Assembly: GCF_009914755.1 (NCBI RefSeq)
Contig: NC_060927.1
DNA length: 64,000 nt
Direction: 5' to 3' (one strand)
DNA from: the human T2T-CHM13v2.0 reference genome, Homo sapiens
Shown here: in pieces, positions 1 through 12,914 of the stretch
Layout: each line of letters opens with the position of its first letter
Numbering within the stretch: the first letter of the stretch is position 1
Translations under genes and position numbers: made by a program
The notes under the pieces: model-generated
The model's database searches: none
Told to the model about the DNA's origin: nothing
The model's input: only the letters and a program-made list of their open reading frames with translations

Positions 1-320
1 ATGAGAGATGAATGTAACTTGATCTAAGATAATGCTAGGAAAGAAAATAAAAATGAGAGGAATCAAGAACTATTTTTAGAAGGCAAACTCAACAAGACTT
101 AGGCATGAATTAGTGTGGGAAGGTAGTGAGGAAGAGAAGGAGGAAGGGATAAGAATGGAGCAAGAAATAAGAAATGAATTTAAGAATATTCTTTCTTAAA
201 TATGAAAATGAAAATTGGCATTCAGGCAATGCAAGGGGATCTCAGGATACTTGTGCAACATAGCACACATAAAGTACTATAATTTAAAATCACTTGAGAC
301 ATGATGTTCATATAGGTCAA

Positions 321-465
321 TTATAAGTTGTCTCTCTTAAGATTTATTTTAAGAAGTACATCTAGTCTTCATGATTTACATTAAAATTATTTATTTAAAA
401 TTATGTTGTCGCTGTTAAGATTTATTTGAAGAAGTACATCCAGTCTTCATGATTTGCATTAAAAT
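321..465. repeat. Imperfect ~65-bp direct duplication (period ~79 bp)
   Basis: 321-387 and 401-465 share the core ttaagatttattt(t/g)aagaagtacatc(t/c)agtcttcatgattt(a/g)cattaaaat. Confidence 0.9.
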
Positions 466-1099
466 CCAAATCCATTTTGCTTTTGGTTTAATATTTGCTA
501 TCAGTTTCACATTGTAGGAATTTAAAAAAAATCCACTCTATTCTAGAGGCAGTACTGACCCTCCAAAACGTGTAATGTGGTCTCTACAGATTTTGAAGTG
601 ATGAAATCTCCATTTCCTCTGCAGCCCTCTCAAGTTCCTCTTAAAGAGGAAGTGAAAGTTAACTCCCAGTTCTTCCTGGGCACAGGAGGACAGCTGACTG
701 GAAAGAATATATATAAATGGATTATATTCAAGAGTGCCTTAGATAAAGGAAATACCGGTCATTCATCCTACAAAATTTATTTGGCACTATCCTGTGTCAG
801 GCCCTAGGCATAACTGGAATGGTCAGACTAGACAAACTGAGGCTGTCAGAAGGCATCAGGAAGAAAAAAATCATGATGCAAACTATCTGCTTTCCTTTGT
901 CTTGAGATTAACCAGTAGTTTCCATAACTCGGTGTGCATCTGATTTTTTTGTTACAATTACAAAAATAATTAACTTTAATTTTTACACTTAGATGCAATG
1001 CTAAGGGACTGTTTGGACCACAATTTAGTCTCTGCTTTGAGTATATTGAAAATAGCCCAAAGTAGCTGTCAAGGCATAAACAACTCAGGAGGAAAGCAT

Positions 1100-1172
1100 C
1101 GCTGTGGTTTTACTGAACAGATGGTCTGATGACGTCAGTGTCTCCAAATTACCTGCAGCCAAAGCAGATGGA
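1100..1172. promoter_or_regulatory. Candidate enhancer motif cluster (CRE, RUNX, two CAGATG E-boxes)
   Basis: TGTGGTT 1103-1109, CAGATG 1118-1123, palindromic TGACGTCA 1130-1137, CAGATG 1165-1170 in apparently non-repetitive DNA; motif evidence only. Confidence 0.35.
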
Positions 1173-2139
1173 AAAATTAACATCGAAGCCCAAGCTTGAT
1201 GGCAGACAGGGAGTCACAGAGAACTTCAGGGGAGAAAGTCACATGGGATGATTTCTTTGCTTTGTTTTCAAGCTCTACGAGGAATCTTTTTCTCTTCCCA
1301 AATTCCTTGAATAAAATCACAAGAATTATTACAGTTGGTCCCACAAACAACCACCACGAAGACAGGGCTGGAGGACATGGCATTCAGTAATGCCTCTGCC
1401 ACTAAAAAATAATATTGATTCTAAAAAGAGATTATTAATTGTGTAAAAGTGTTGTGTAGCTGAAAAGAAACATCTCAGCGCTACAATTGAATATGACAGT
1501 TCTTGGAAAATCATCATAATGGCTGCATATTTAGCTCTGGACACATTGTATTTTGAGAGATTTACATTCCATTTTTCTCCAAAAGGCTGCATTACAATTA
1601 ACATTTTCACCTAGGACTGACTGCCCAGCACTTTATCTCTGTCGATCTTATTTCCTTGTTTAGCGTTGTGTTTTCACCTTTTCCTGCATGCCAGTGTCTG
1701 GGTCTTTATTTCCATTATGCAAAGTTGTCAGCTGCATAAAGTGATGCATTCCAGCCTTAACTATAGATCAGCCAATCTGTGCTGGATTATCTTGAGCTCA
1801 AGATCTAAAATCTGAGTCAGAATCATAGAGCTTTCTGTTTACAAATGAAGAAGTAGGTATTCAAGTTTCCATACTTGTCTGTGAGCACAGAGTGGGGAAG
1901 TGGCTGAAGGCAGAACAAGAACACAGGGGTCCACTTTCTAAGGCCTCGTGGCCTTTATAGCTCTACAAACCCCAAGTGTCCCTAACTCTTCTCTCTCAAG
2001 GGATACAGACTCTGATATAACTGGATTCTATGCTCCAAACTCAAAGGGAATGCAGTAGAAGCTGAAAAACGAATTTTTTGATGTATTTTTCTAGAACACT
2101 ATTGTCTAATTTTCATGGCAGCCTAGCATGGTGCAAGGT

Positions 2140-2503
2140 TGTCTTGGTTTAAGTTCCAGGAAAAAATACCCAGCAAGAAGAATCTGAGTACAAGAAATTT
2201 TGGGGAGAGATGGTCCCAGGAAGCAAAGGAGGGGAAGAGAGGAAGCAAGACAAGGAAGGGGAAAAATAAGCCTCAGAGTCATCCCAACCAAGAGGCAAGG
2301 GAGATGGGGTATGTATCCTCCAACTCTCATCTGTCATTATATGAGAGCTGTTTCCAGGGGCATTAACTTCCTCTGCTTCTGAGACTAATGGCCTGCCTCA
2401 CTGGGGTGAGAGAAAGCCCTCAAGTGGAGCGTGGCAGATGCTTGCAACAGAAGGCAGTGGAAAGATGTGGGGTGTGGGCAGAGCATGGGCAGCAGTTGCT
2501 ATA
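2140..2503 (-). mobile_element. ERVL LTR16-like solo LTR (diverged)
   Basis: Resembles the reverse complement of LTR16 (tgtcttggtttaagttcc...gagtacaagaaattt...ggtcccaggaagc). Confidence 0.5.
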
Positions 2504-2514
2504 GTCAGATATCG

Positions 2515-2720
2515 GCTCACATCTGTATCCATTGACTTGCTGGATGGTCTCAGACAAGGTACTTTCCTTCTCTAATTCTAAATTTTTTCATCTGTAAAAT
2601 GGGGAGAACAGTACGATCATGTAATATTACGAGCAGTAAATGGAATGATAATCCAGGTAAAGTGCTTAGCACAATGCTTAACACAGAGGAGGCCCTTGAT
2701 ATGGGGCATTATTATCATTG
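2515..2720 (+). mobile_element. MIR SINE
   Basis: MIR core tcatctgtaaaatgggga and 3' end aagtgcttagcacaatgc. Confidence 0.75.
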
Positions 2721-3322
2721 TTTGTTTTCTTGCCTGCGTTAAGTGCCTGGGGAAAAAATGAAATTTAGAATCACATCAGGTGCTACAGCAGATAGAGCCC
2801 TTAGGTCGACCTCCAGATTTCACAGCAGAGGAAGCTTGAGGATGAGGGAAGTGGCAGTCTGTCCCATGAAAAAAATCTTCTATTAGAGTGTGGCAGAGCC
2901 AGACCTGTACACTAGAGCATCTGGTTCTATGTGCAGTGCTCTTTCCAGCACCCTGAACTGACTCCTTTAGAATTATTTGTAGAATATAGATCTAGGAGGA
3001 AGAGTGAATGATCATTGTGTTCTGGATGGCAAAAATGTTTTCCTCACAACTTGCAGTGGCAGTCTGTGTGGCTGTGTTGAGAAAGATTCTGATGACATGG
3101 TACATGAGGTAAATGTGCGTGATTGGATTACCAATGTCTGCCATTGATCTGGGAGCGCACTGGCTGGGTATACACTGATCCTGTTGGGGTTGAAGTTATT
3201 AAGAAAGTTGACTGCTGGACTTGAATTTAGCACTAAGGGAACAAGATAACCATTTTGTTTGTTCATTTTATTGCAATGATAATGCTTATTGATCATAGAA
3301 AAATTTTAAAGATATAAACAAG

Positions 3323-3749
3323 TATGATGGTTAATACCAAGTGTCAACTTGATTGGATTGAAGGATGCAAAGTATTAATCCTGGGTGTGTCTGTGAGGTT
3401 GTTGCGAAAGGGGAGATTAACATTTGAGTCAGTGGGCTGGGGAAGGCAGACCCACCCTTAATCTGGATGGGCACCATCTAATCAGCTGCCAGCAAAAAAC
3501 AGGCAGGAAAACATGAAAAGGTTAGACCGGCCTAGCCTCTCAGCCTACGTCTTTCTCCTGTGCTGGATGCTTCCTGCCCTCGAACATCAGACTCCAAGTT
3601 CTTCTTTTTTTGGAACTCGGACTGACTCTTCTTGCTCCTCAGCCTGCAGATGGCCTATTGTGGGACCTTGTGATCATATGAGTTAATACTTAATAAACTC
3701 CATATATATTCCATTAATTCTGTCCCTCTAGAGAACCCTGATTAATACA
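3323..3749 (+). mobile_element. MLT2A1-like ERVL solo LTR, near full length
   Basis: Starts tatgatggttaataccaagtgtcaacttgattggattgaaggatgcaaagtatt and ends ctctagagaaccctgattaataca, matching MLT2A consensus ends and interior. Confidence 0.9.
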
Positions 3750-3959
3750 ATGAGAAAATAAAAATTACCTCTAAGGTGTAGCAAAGAGGATAATTGATCT
3801 CTGGGACTGATTCAGAGTAAGGAAGAAGGCTGAAAAACAGAAATTAGTAATTGAAGACCTTTATAAGGAGCCATTGGCTCCTCCACATCTGGATGCAGAG
3901 CAATATAGGCAGCCAGGCATTTAGTCACAGGAGCAAGGAAAACAGAATGAAAGAAATTT

Positions 3960-4490
3960 TAAAAAGCTAAATCTCCTCAAATTGACCTCTAAATTCAATG
4001 ATACCAAGCAAAACATCAACAGGATTTTTCATAGAACTAGAAGCTGACTCTAAAATGTGTCTGGAAGAGTGAGGGGACAGAGTGAAAGCATTTCTGAAGA
4101 AGACTGGGGAGAGGCTTACCTTATGGATAACCCAAGTTATTATGAAGCTACTGGAAGGAAGACAGTGCTGAACTGGCACAGCAGTAGAGAAAGTGACCAA
4201 TGGAGCATAAGGCAGTGTTCCCAAACAGACCTATGTATACATGGAACTCTGATAGATGGTAGAGGCGGCTTGGCAGTTGGGAGAGGAGGGACTGTATGTT
4301 AAGTGGAGCTAAAAATGTGCTCATCCATATGGATAGAAGTGAAACTGGACTCCTACCTCACACCATACCCTGGAATTGCTCCAGACAAATGAAAGTCTTT
4401 AATAATCAAAGCAAAACTTTAAAATTATGAAGAGAAAGTATAGATCAATATTTTTGGACCTTGGGGGAAGGAAAGCATTTCTTATTTAAG
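3960..4490 (+). mobile_element. Old L1 (L1M) ORF2-region fragment, decayed
   Basis: L1 ORF2-like motifs (ctcctcaaattgacctctaaattcaatg, aactggactcctacctcacaccatac). Confidence 0.7.
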
Positions 4491-4499
4491 ACATGAAGA

Positions 4500-4739
4500 G
4501 TGCAGCTGTGAGAAAATCTCAGTCAGGCCAATGCAGAGCCCTAGAACAGAAGTGTCCCAAACCTGGTATCTTCACCATGCTCAATCATTGCCTGGGGCAG
4601 CCTGAAGACACTGTGGCCACCAAGAGGACACAAGTGATTTCCAGGGGTGTGGCAGATGAAGGCCATCAGCTAACAGTCCTCATCCCAACAGGTTCTCTCT
4701 TGAGGGAAATGTGAGTGGCTCATCCCCATGGCTGCCACA
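4500..4739 (-). mobile_element. ERVL LTR33-like fragment
   Basis: Ends ...ccccatggctgccaca, the reverse complement of an LTR33-type 5' end. Confidence 0.4.
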
Positions 4740-5092
4740 TGCCAGGATTGAGGAAATCTGGCTGTAGGATTGAGATAACCATAAGTAAAACAACTCCAAA
4801 GCCCTACATTTGGATTAATTACTTCAGGGACAAAAGATCATGACATGCGGGTTCTTGTTAGCTTCTTTTTTGGAAAATGGCTCTTTCTGAATCTGTCCCT
4901 AGATTTGAGTGTCTACCTTACATTGGACACAAGCTCTTTGTTCGCTGACTTATTGCATGATTCTCCAGCAGTCATTGGCTGTGTGACAACATTATTTTTA
5001 CTTTATGCAACGACTGAAAGATTTGTGAAGTGAAAGTGGAAGATTGGGAAAGCACAGTCCAAGAAGGTGTGCATGAGGCGAGGTGAGGGAAT

Positions 5093-5538
5093 TGTGGTGG
5101 ATTATGTCATGGACACAAAGTATCCCATAGCGGTACGCATAGACCTTTGCAATGTGACTTTGCTGCTCCTCCATCCAAAGGTGGAGTCTATACTCTCTTC
5201 AAACTGAGCTGGCCCTGTGACTTGCTTTGACCAATAGAATGTGGTGGAAGTTATATTGTGCAGATTCTAGAGCCCAGACTTCAAGAGTTTGTGCAGCTTC
5301 TGCCTGTTCTCATTTGGAACCCTGCCCTGTGGCCACTATATGATGATGAAGGCCAGATGAAAGACCACACAGAGAGAGACGTCCAGAGCCTAGCTAACCT
5401 TCCATAGTGAGCCCAGGTAAGACCAGCAGAGAAACTACCCAGTCACAATTCACTATCATAAGAAATGACGGGTTCTTACTGTTTTGAGCCACTAAGTTTT
5501 GGAGTGGCTTCTTAACGACATAATAGACAACTGAAACA
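5093..5538 (+). mobile_element. MaLR MLT1 (MLT1H-like) solo LTR
   Basis: tgtggtgg start, ggccctgtgacttgctttgaccaatagaatg, and gccactaagttttggagtgg...actgaaaca end. Confidence 0.8.
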
Positions 5539-5609
5539 GACATAATCAAGGTCTTGAATGCACTCTTAATATAGAAAAGTAGGGTAATCATAAGAGGGTG
5601 GAGAGTTAT

Positions 5610-5850
5610 TTATTTATCTTTCGAACATTCAGTGGGCATCCAGTATATACCAGGCACCTTTGTATGTATCTCATTTAGTCTTTCTAATAGCCTTATGAGA
5701 TAGGTGCCACCACATAGATGTGGATATTGAGGCACAGAGGGATGAAATAACTTGCCCAAGGTCATGTGGCTGGAAAGTAGCAGGTCTGGGACCTGACTTT
5801 ATGTCTTTCTGGTTCCAAAGTCCCTGCTCATGACCACATCTCTACACTGC
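5610..5850 (-). mobile_element. MIR SINE
   Basis: gaggcacagagg...aacttgcccaaggtca antisense MIR core. Confidence 0.75.
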
Positions 5851-6204
5851 CACTGGCACTTAAAATGAACCCAGTGAAGAATACTAAAAAATAAACAGAA
5901 ATAGGGAAAGAACACTCAAGCTTTATAACTCCTGCTTTCTGTGTTTATTTCATAGCTAAAGATGAATTTCTTTGAGAAGGGAAGAATGATTTTTGAGATG
6001 ATGACTTGCATTCGTATTCAGACTTCTGTTTCAGGAATTCCTTCTTTGAATTATTAATGTAAAAAAATGGATGTTCTAAGACTGACCAGGGTTGCAAGAA
6101 ATAAAAGGACTGGAAAATTCAAACACACTTCTGAAAAATAAATGGACTTGCATTTATTAATAATTCCTATCAAGGCAGAATGCCTTCTAAAGCAATCATT
6201 GACA

Positions 6205-6335
6205 TTCATTTATTCATTCATTCAACACAAATATGTGGAGTACTTACTAAGTGCCAAGCCTTGTGCTAAGCACTAGAGATAGGAAGGCAAACGTGATCTG
6301 TTTCTAGCACTCAATGGCTATGTAGTCTAGTTAGA
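6205..6335 (-). mobile_element. L2 3' end fragment
   Basis: (cattcatt)n followed by tacttactaagtgccaagcc, typical antisense L2 terminus. Confidence 0.65.
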
Positions 6336-7145
6336 ACACAAAATTAAACAAAAGCCCAACACATAAATTTTCTTGTCATTTTCCCCAAATTTGACGGAAA
6401 AAAAATCAATGATCTAAGAAAAAAAAGTTACTTTGCATTGATTTTCTAATTAATGTGATAGAAGTGCAAAAATTCAGCCACCCTCACCAATCTCCTATAG
6501 AACCAAAGACTATATAGTTACATACCACATGTTTATTTCATTTCTGATAAATGCTAACTACTCTCCCAAATTTGTCATCTAGAACTTGGTAGGAATTTCT
6601 TTCTGCATGGAACCGTAAAGGAGATTCATGCTATAGATGACTATAGAAGAAAAGAACTCAGAAATTCCTGTAAGGCAATGAGCTTCATTCCATCTCTTCT
6701 TTTGTGCCTCTTGGATTGCACATTAACACTGTAGCTTAGAACTGTATCGATATTTGAAGACCAGCATTTTAAAAATGAGAACCATATTAGAAAATTGGCT
6801 CCAGAGTCGAGTTCTACAGTCATGGGCAGGGAATGTTCTGGCCTCTGCTGAGTGGGTTTGCATGTGTTCCTTATCTTCTTTGTGCCTTGCCTTCCTCCCT
6901 ATAAAATTAAGGTCCGTGTGGATGAGCTAATATCCGGGATCTTCCCCAGAGTAAAACTTTACGGTTAAAGCACCCTTCTTTGCTATTGGCTGTTTTCTTT
7001 AGATACCTATGGCATCTTCTTAAGAAATCAGAGACAGAATTCATCAGGATAAGCTTTATTTCACTTTTCAATCTTTATCTTTACCCGTAATTTAAAAGTT
7101 TTTTAAAGCTGAATTTTCTGTATTGTTTTCCAGGATAAGGAATAT

Positions 7146-7146
<1 letters not shown>

Positions 7147-7206
<60 letters not shown>
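7147..7206. repeat. (GT)30 microsatellite
   Basis: Perfect dinucleotide run, read directly. Confidence 0.98.
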
Positions 7207-7207
<1 letters not shown>

Positions 7208-8002
7208 GTGTTGTTATAGTTACCCTTTTAAGATACAGGAGAAGATGGCCACAGTTCACCACAATGAGACTGACACTTCTTAGGATTTGGGAATTTTGAG
7301 AAACTGCTGGCTTCAGTGTTAGCCATCTGCTGGACTTATATAATCCACCCAGCAATAAAACACTAGCTCTCCCATATGCTCCTCTCTGCCCCTGGGTGAA
7401 GGAGTAAACAAGGTGGGAGTTCACATATCTGTGTTCCAGCCCGGATTTGGCACCTGCTAGCTGTGTGACAAAGAGCAGCTTTCTTAATCTGAGCCTCAAT
7501 TTCTTCATCTGTAAAATGAGCTACACTTATTTATGTTTACCTAGAATGTCTGCGATCTGTTTAGGTACATTTAACACTATCTTAAGAGTTTAGGTAAGTT
7601 TAGTTAAATATAGCACAGTTAATACCAAAATAATTTCAGCATGTAGTAGGTATATGTTCAACTGCACTTCAGTGGTTAAAAAAGAAGTTGTTTTCCAAAC
7701 ATGGTTGACCTAGTGCTTTGCCTGTGATATCCCTGAAGTTGCCTATCATGATCCATGCTGCCCCAGCTGAATGCCAGTCTTGTCTCCTTCAATATCACCA
7801 CACTTTCATATTTGTAGCTTCAGGGACCACACCTTTGCCACACCCTATAATATAACTCTTCTATTATTACAATAGAGGAAGAGATGAGATGGTCTAGATG
7901 GCTTTTCTTTAGAAGTTCATCCTTCAAAAGCTGACCTTTATACAATTTTTAGGGTAATGAGTTGTGCTGATGGTATGAGACATGAAGAACATGTACTCTA
8001 AG

Positions 8003-8220
8003 GCAGAATCTCCCATCCTAGACACTACTGACATTTCAGGCTTACTAATTCTTTGTTATGAAGGGCTGTCCTGTGCGTTGTCAGATATTTGGCAGCATCA
8101 GTGGCCTCTTCCCATTACATGCCAGTAACACTCCCTACCCCAACTGTGACAAGAAAAACATTTCCAGATTTTGCCAAGTGTCCTCCGGAGGGCAGAATCA
8201 CCCCTAATTGAGAACCTCTC
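8003..8220 (+). mobile_element. MER20 (hAT-Charlie)
   Basis: cactactgacattt...gggctgtcctgtgcgttg...gcagaatcacccctaattgagaacc matches MER20 over about 220 bp. Confidence 0.85.
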
Positions 8221-8249
8221 CATTAAGGGCAATGCCTTTTTGATGTATA

Positions 8250-8520
8250 AACTTCCCCGTTATCAAAAGCAGACCTTGAGACCAGGAATTGGGTGCAAGT
8301 AGTTTATCTGGGAGATGATCTTAGGAAGCATTGTGAAGGAGTAGGGAAAGGAGTAGGAGAAGGGAAACCCAGTAATGGGTGAGCTTATGCGCAGGTTACT
8401 GCTGTGGGCATCAAGAGGTCAGTTTCACTGGGGACTCCTGGGACTATGCAGAACGCAACTAGGAATTGCCTCCCAGAGGAGCAGGGAAGCCACGGTGTTT
8501 ATTCTTCAATCCATGGGGCA
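8250..8520 (-). mobile_element. ERVL LTR16-like fragment
   Basis: aagcagaccttgagaccagg...gtgcaagtagtttatctgggagatgatcttaggaagca. Confidence 0.6.
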
Positions 8521-11500
8521 GTATGCCCACCCCCTATCCTGATTCACCCCACCCCCAGACTTTTTCTTTTTGATTCAGATCCTTTTCAGTCTTATAACAG
8601 CAAAGCATGTTTTGTTTTTCTTTAAATGCCTGATTAATAAAAATATTCATTGTGAACAATTCTATTTTTTGGATTCTCAGATCCTCTAACTGTAGCTAGG
8701 CTAAAAAATATCCCAAATCTCCCCAGAACTAACATTCAAGGACTCTGTCTAGTGATTTGAGGCCAACCCTGAGAAATAAATAGAAAGAACATAGTCTGAT
8801 GGCAAAGGTATAGGGGTGGGTGGAGCGGCACTCATCCTTTATCTTGCAAATTGAATACGAAAATAATTGCAAGGGAACAGGTAAGACTTCCCACATTGTC
8901 ATTTTCCACTAAAGGCACTTTTGTAACGATGACTTCACTTCTGAATTGACATTGCATTGGCTCCTCTGACAGCCTTAAAGAGATACCATCAAGACTTTGT
9001 CACATAAATTGAACAATTTAGACAGAGCTTAGGCGACAATAAAATGAGCTTCAGCTGGAATGTGGTGGGGGCAAAGAGATGAATTTCTTATTCAGTCTGT
9101 ACCAGTTCAACCTTCTTGCATCTCCTTTCCTCATAACCCATCTTAAACCTGTTATTGAACCATTTATCAGTTTGGAGCATAAAGAAGAAATTCAATTTTA
9201 GCAAAGAAAGCTAGAAATAGCTGCCAATCATCTCAGCAAATGGTAGACTGGTGAGTCTCCTTTTTTATTTATTTACTTTTTTTGTTTTTAAAATGAAAAT
9301 TGTTTTCTTAACATTAAAATTGTCTAAGATAATACCTTGTGAATCATAAGAATGTGTTGTTTTCTGGCAATGAAAGCTTTGATAGACAACCACTGACTTG
9401 GCCATAGCTCCTGCTTTCCCCCTAAGGAGTTCGAAGCACTTTCAGTTACGCAATATCATCTTATTTCATTTTGTAAAACTAAGGCAAAAGAAGAGAGGGA
9501 GGATGAATACACATGAGTCTTAATTTGTCCAATTAAGGTGCAAAATATTAAATATTATGGTAAAAAAATAAAAAAGGTACAAAAAATAAGTGGGTTGGCC
9601 AATGTAGCCCAGAGAGTCTGAGTACTATGACAAGAGCCTCCTGAATCTTAGACTGCATTCATTCCATGGATGTGGCCCATGACCCTGGCAGGGTTTTCCC
9701 TTTAAGTAACCTGCGTGTCAGAAAACGTCTGCAGGATTCCGAACAGAAAGCTCTAACAAGCAGTTTGAAAAGTGCATCTCTAAGGCCAGATCCAAGGTCT
9801 TTGGCATGATTCTTATCCTGATCAGAACAAAGTGCAAAGATTTCACATCAGCTGAGACTTTTTAATATTAAGAAACAGAAACAATCATCCCCTTTCCTGC
9901 CAGGCATGGCAGTGCAAACACCAGCAAAGTTTACCTTTCTCGAAAACCCATGATCTGCTTTTCAAGGGGAAGATGAAAGCGCCAGGATTAGACAATGGTT
10001 CTGAAACACTGGCTGACTTTTGAATATTCATGACTATTCTGATGCAAATGAATATCTCAAATTGAGCTGTTTTTGCCGAGGTGCTGTTGGAAATGTATAC
10101 GCTTATGAAATTGCTTTCCTAGTTCTGCATATCTCCAAGAATGGCTTCCTTTGCTTATTTATATTTCTCCTAGAAGGATTCCCAGGTGTCAGTCTTGGGC
10201 TGGAGTTTTAGCTGGCTTCTTTTCATCAAAAACTAGGACTACAGTTTAGCTTAACCCAATAGGAAAGCCTTACTTTTTTTATAGTAGCCCACATCTGATA
10301 GGCCCTCCTTGTTCTGCCAGCGGCCAGAGGCTTATCACACATCAAATTGTTTTTCCTTTGAGGTAACCTCAAACCAAAGCTCACTGTTCCCTGAAGAACA
10401 AAGAGAGAGTGAGAACGTTGAGCCAGTGCTTGGGAGTGCTCAGAGGGTCAGGAAGCCAGGAGGTCTGTTTGGATTTTGCTGACTCTGTGCACTAGAAGTG
10501 TCTCACCATGGTGGGCATTGGGTGTGGCACGTGGCTTTGCCGGATCAAAAGACTTTGAAGAAGACACATAGACTTCATTGGCTGATGGAGACTTTAGAGA
10601 CCTCCAAAGCACAGTGAGTGTTCCAGGTTTTCCTGGGAAGCTGTGGGACCTCCTTCCCTCTTCAGGCTGGATTCAGAAACAGTGATTGCTGGTCAGGCCC
10701 AGGACAAAAATGGGAGGCAGGAAGGGGTGGTCATTCCTAGAGGAGAAACATGGGTCATTGTGAAGTCAAGGACAGTTTCTGAAAGAAGAAGACAGTTGCT
10801 TAGCTCTGTCCAAGGCCAATAAAGGAAGCTGTTGGGACCCTCCTATGTCTCTCAGTAGGTGGGGTGAGCTTCTATGCCTCAGATACCTGCTGGGATATGG
10901 CAGGGAAGCCTTGTTCCAGGGCAGTCAGGTCCCACTAGAGGAGAGGATGCTCTCTTCCAGGTCTTTAATCTGCCTGGGTTCCTGGGACTGTCCCTAGGAC
11001 ACCTCCTGAAAGGCCATGCACGTGGCCTCTGACTCCATCCTTGTATAGTCATTGGAAGTTTACTTTCTTGCCTCCCAGTCTTCCTCTCTCCAACCCAGGC
11101 TTCACCCACAAATACTCCCTGTGCCCATGGAGAGGACTCTCCTCTCCACACCTGACTTATGGTTATCCAGTGAGTACTTATATGTTCCAGGCCCTGTGCA
11201 AGACTGGGGACACAAAGTGAATTCAACACAATCTTATTCTGTTCAGTGCTTCTTGGTCTATGGATCCAAACTTCTTTTCCACCCCCAATGTGTCTCTCTG
11301 TTCCATGATTATTCCCTTGCCATATCTTTGCCTGGGTGTTTTCTTTACCTAGAGTGCCCTCTCCTCTGAGCTCCAATTTTGCAAAGCCTACGCCCACTTC
11401 TGAGGCATGCAAGAGTTGTCTTTTCCATTCAGCCACCTCTGGTTTTTTCCTTTTCTCTCAACTTCTGTGTCAGATCTGTTCTGTGTAATTTAGCACATAA

Positions 11501-11984
11501 TTTTAAATGGCCTTAGTTTGTCTAGTGACTATTTTGAGTGTGTAAACTAGTCTGGTCTCCTTAACAAACACATAAATTCTTCAAAGGTTGCAGCCCTATT
11601 TTACAGTTATTCTGAATCTCTTCTCAACTTGCCATTCCCACTCCAGCACTCAGCTGAGTGCATGGTAAATGTCCAATAACTACTGTTGGTTATTGTCAGA
11701 GTGACTCTAATGAGGACAATGCACTGCTCCTGACAGTCCATCAGCAGGAATGGAGGTGGGTAGGTGGTGGGAGGGTGAGGAACCTGTCTGTAGCCCAAGT
11801 TTCTGGTCATATAGAGCAGCTCTGTCTCTGAAGTAGCCCCTGAATATAATACAAGCAATGATATCAGCAATTCTTAACTAAAAGGCAGAGAAACATTTAT
11901 ACAAAGAGTGGATCTCATTCATTTTCTTTCAGATCATGGGAAGTTTCTACTCCATAAAAAGTTCTAAGAGTCATCAAACATGAC

Positions 11985-12190
11985 CTTCATGTGACCTTTG
12001 ACAAATTACCTACCTTTCTGAGCTTCCTCATCTTTCATTATCTACAAAATGGGAATAACAGCACCTAACTGACAGTGTTGTTGAGGGGATTAAATTAGGT
12101 CATGTATGTAAACCATTTAGCCCAAGGTCTGGAAAAGAGTAGCCGCTAAATTATTAATTGCTATTATACTTGTTATCATTATTATTGTTG
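11985..12190 (+). mobile_element. MIR SINE
   Basis: tgtgacctttgacaaattacc...aaaatgggaataacagcacct. Confidence 0.7.
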
Positions 12191-12344
12191 TCTTGTTAAA
12201 CCAACATTTTCCAAAGTCTGATAAGGGGATTATTAAGTGGTAGATAAGATAGTTTTATCTGATGCATTGACTGACTTTAAAAAATTTTTAATTTATGCTA
12301 GGAAAAATATTTAATCACATTTGCAATTTCATGGGTATTATTTC

Positions 12345-12788
12345 TATTTAATTATTTACTGCTGCATAGCAAATAATCCTCAAACTTAGAGGCTTTAAAC
12401 AATTATTTATTTATTTATTTAATTTGTGATCTGGGCTAGGCTCAGCCAGGTAGTTCTGCTATTCTTCACTCCCACAACTGGCCCCTGAGCATAGATGGCT
12501 GGAACAGTTGGGGCTAGCTGGGATTCTCTCCTTCAGTGCCATCTCTCCAGCAAGGCACCTGAAATTTTTTTACATGGTGGCTCAGGGGTCCAAGAGCAAG
12601 TGTTCCCAGAGGACAACTCCCATCATGCAAGTGCTTTTCAAGTCTCTGCTTGGTCTTACTGCAAATGTCCCATTGGCCAAAGCAAGTCACATGCTTAAGC
12701 TCAGAGTCAGCATCCAGGGATTGCACAAGGCTGTGAATAGTAGGTGATGTGGTTCATTGGGGACCACCAATGTAGCAGTTTATCACAG
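12345..12788 (-). mobile_element. MaLR MLT1 (I/J-like) solo LTR
   Basis: ctgctgcatagcaaataatcctcaaacttag; gtcccattggccaaagcaagtcacatg. Confidence 0.7.
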
Positions 12789-12914
12789 CCATAATTTACC
12801 CACAGTTGCACAGCTGTTAAGTATCCAGGCTGGAATTGAGCATTCTGCTTCAGAATCTGTGGTCTTAATCTGTGGTCTTAACCTGCAGCTGTCCTCAAGT
12901 AGTGTTTCAATGAT

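Noticed and set aside
7092-7508. ORF with an HTHT repeat (also 22757-22978)
   Set aside because: Translation of a (CA)n microsatellite
10879-11436. Longest ORF in the track (185 aa, minus strand)
   Set aside because: No recognisable domain, non-ATG start, overlaps L2-like sequence; consistent with chance
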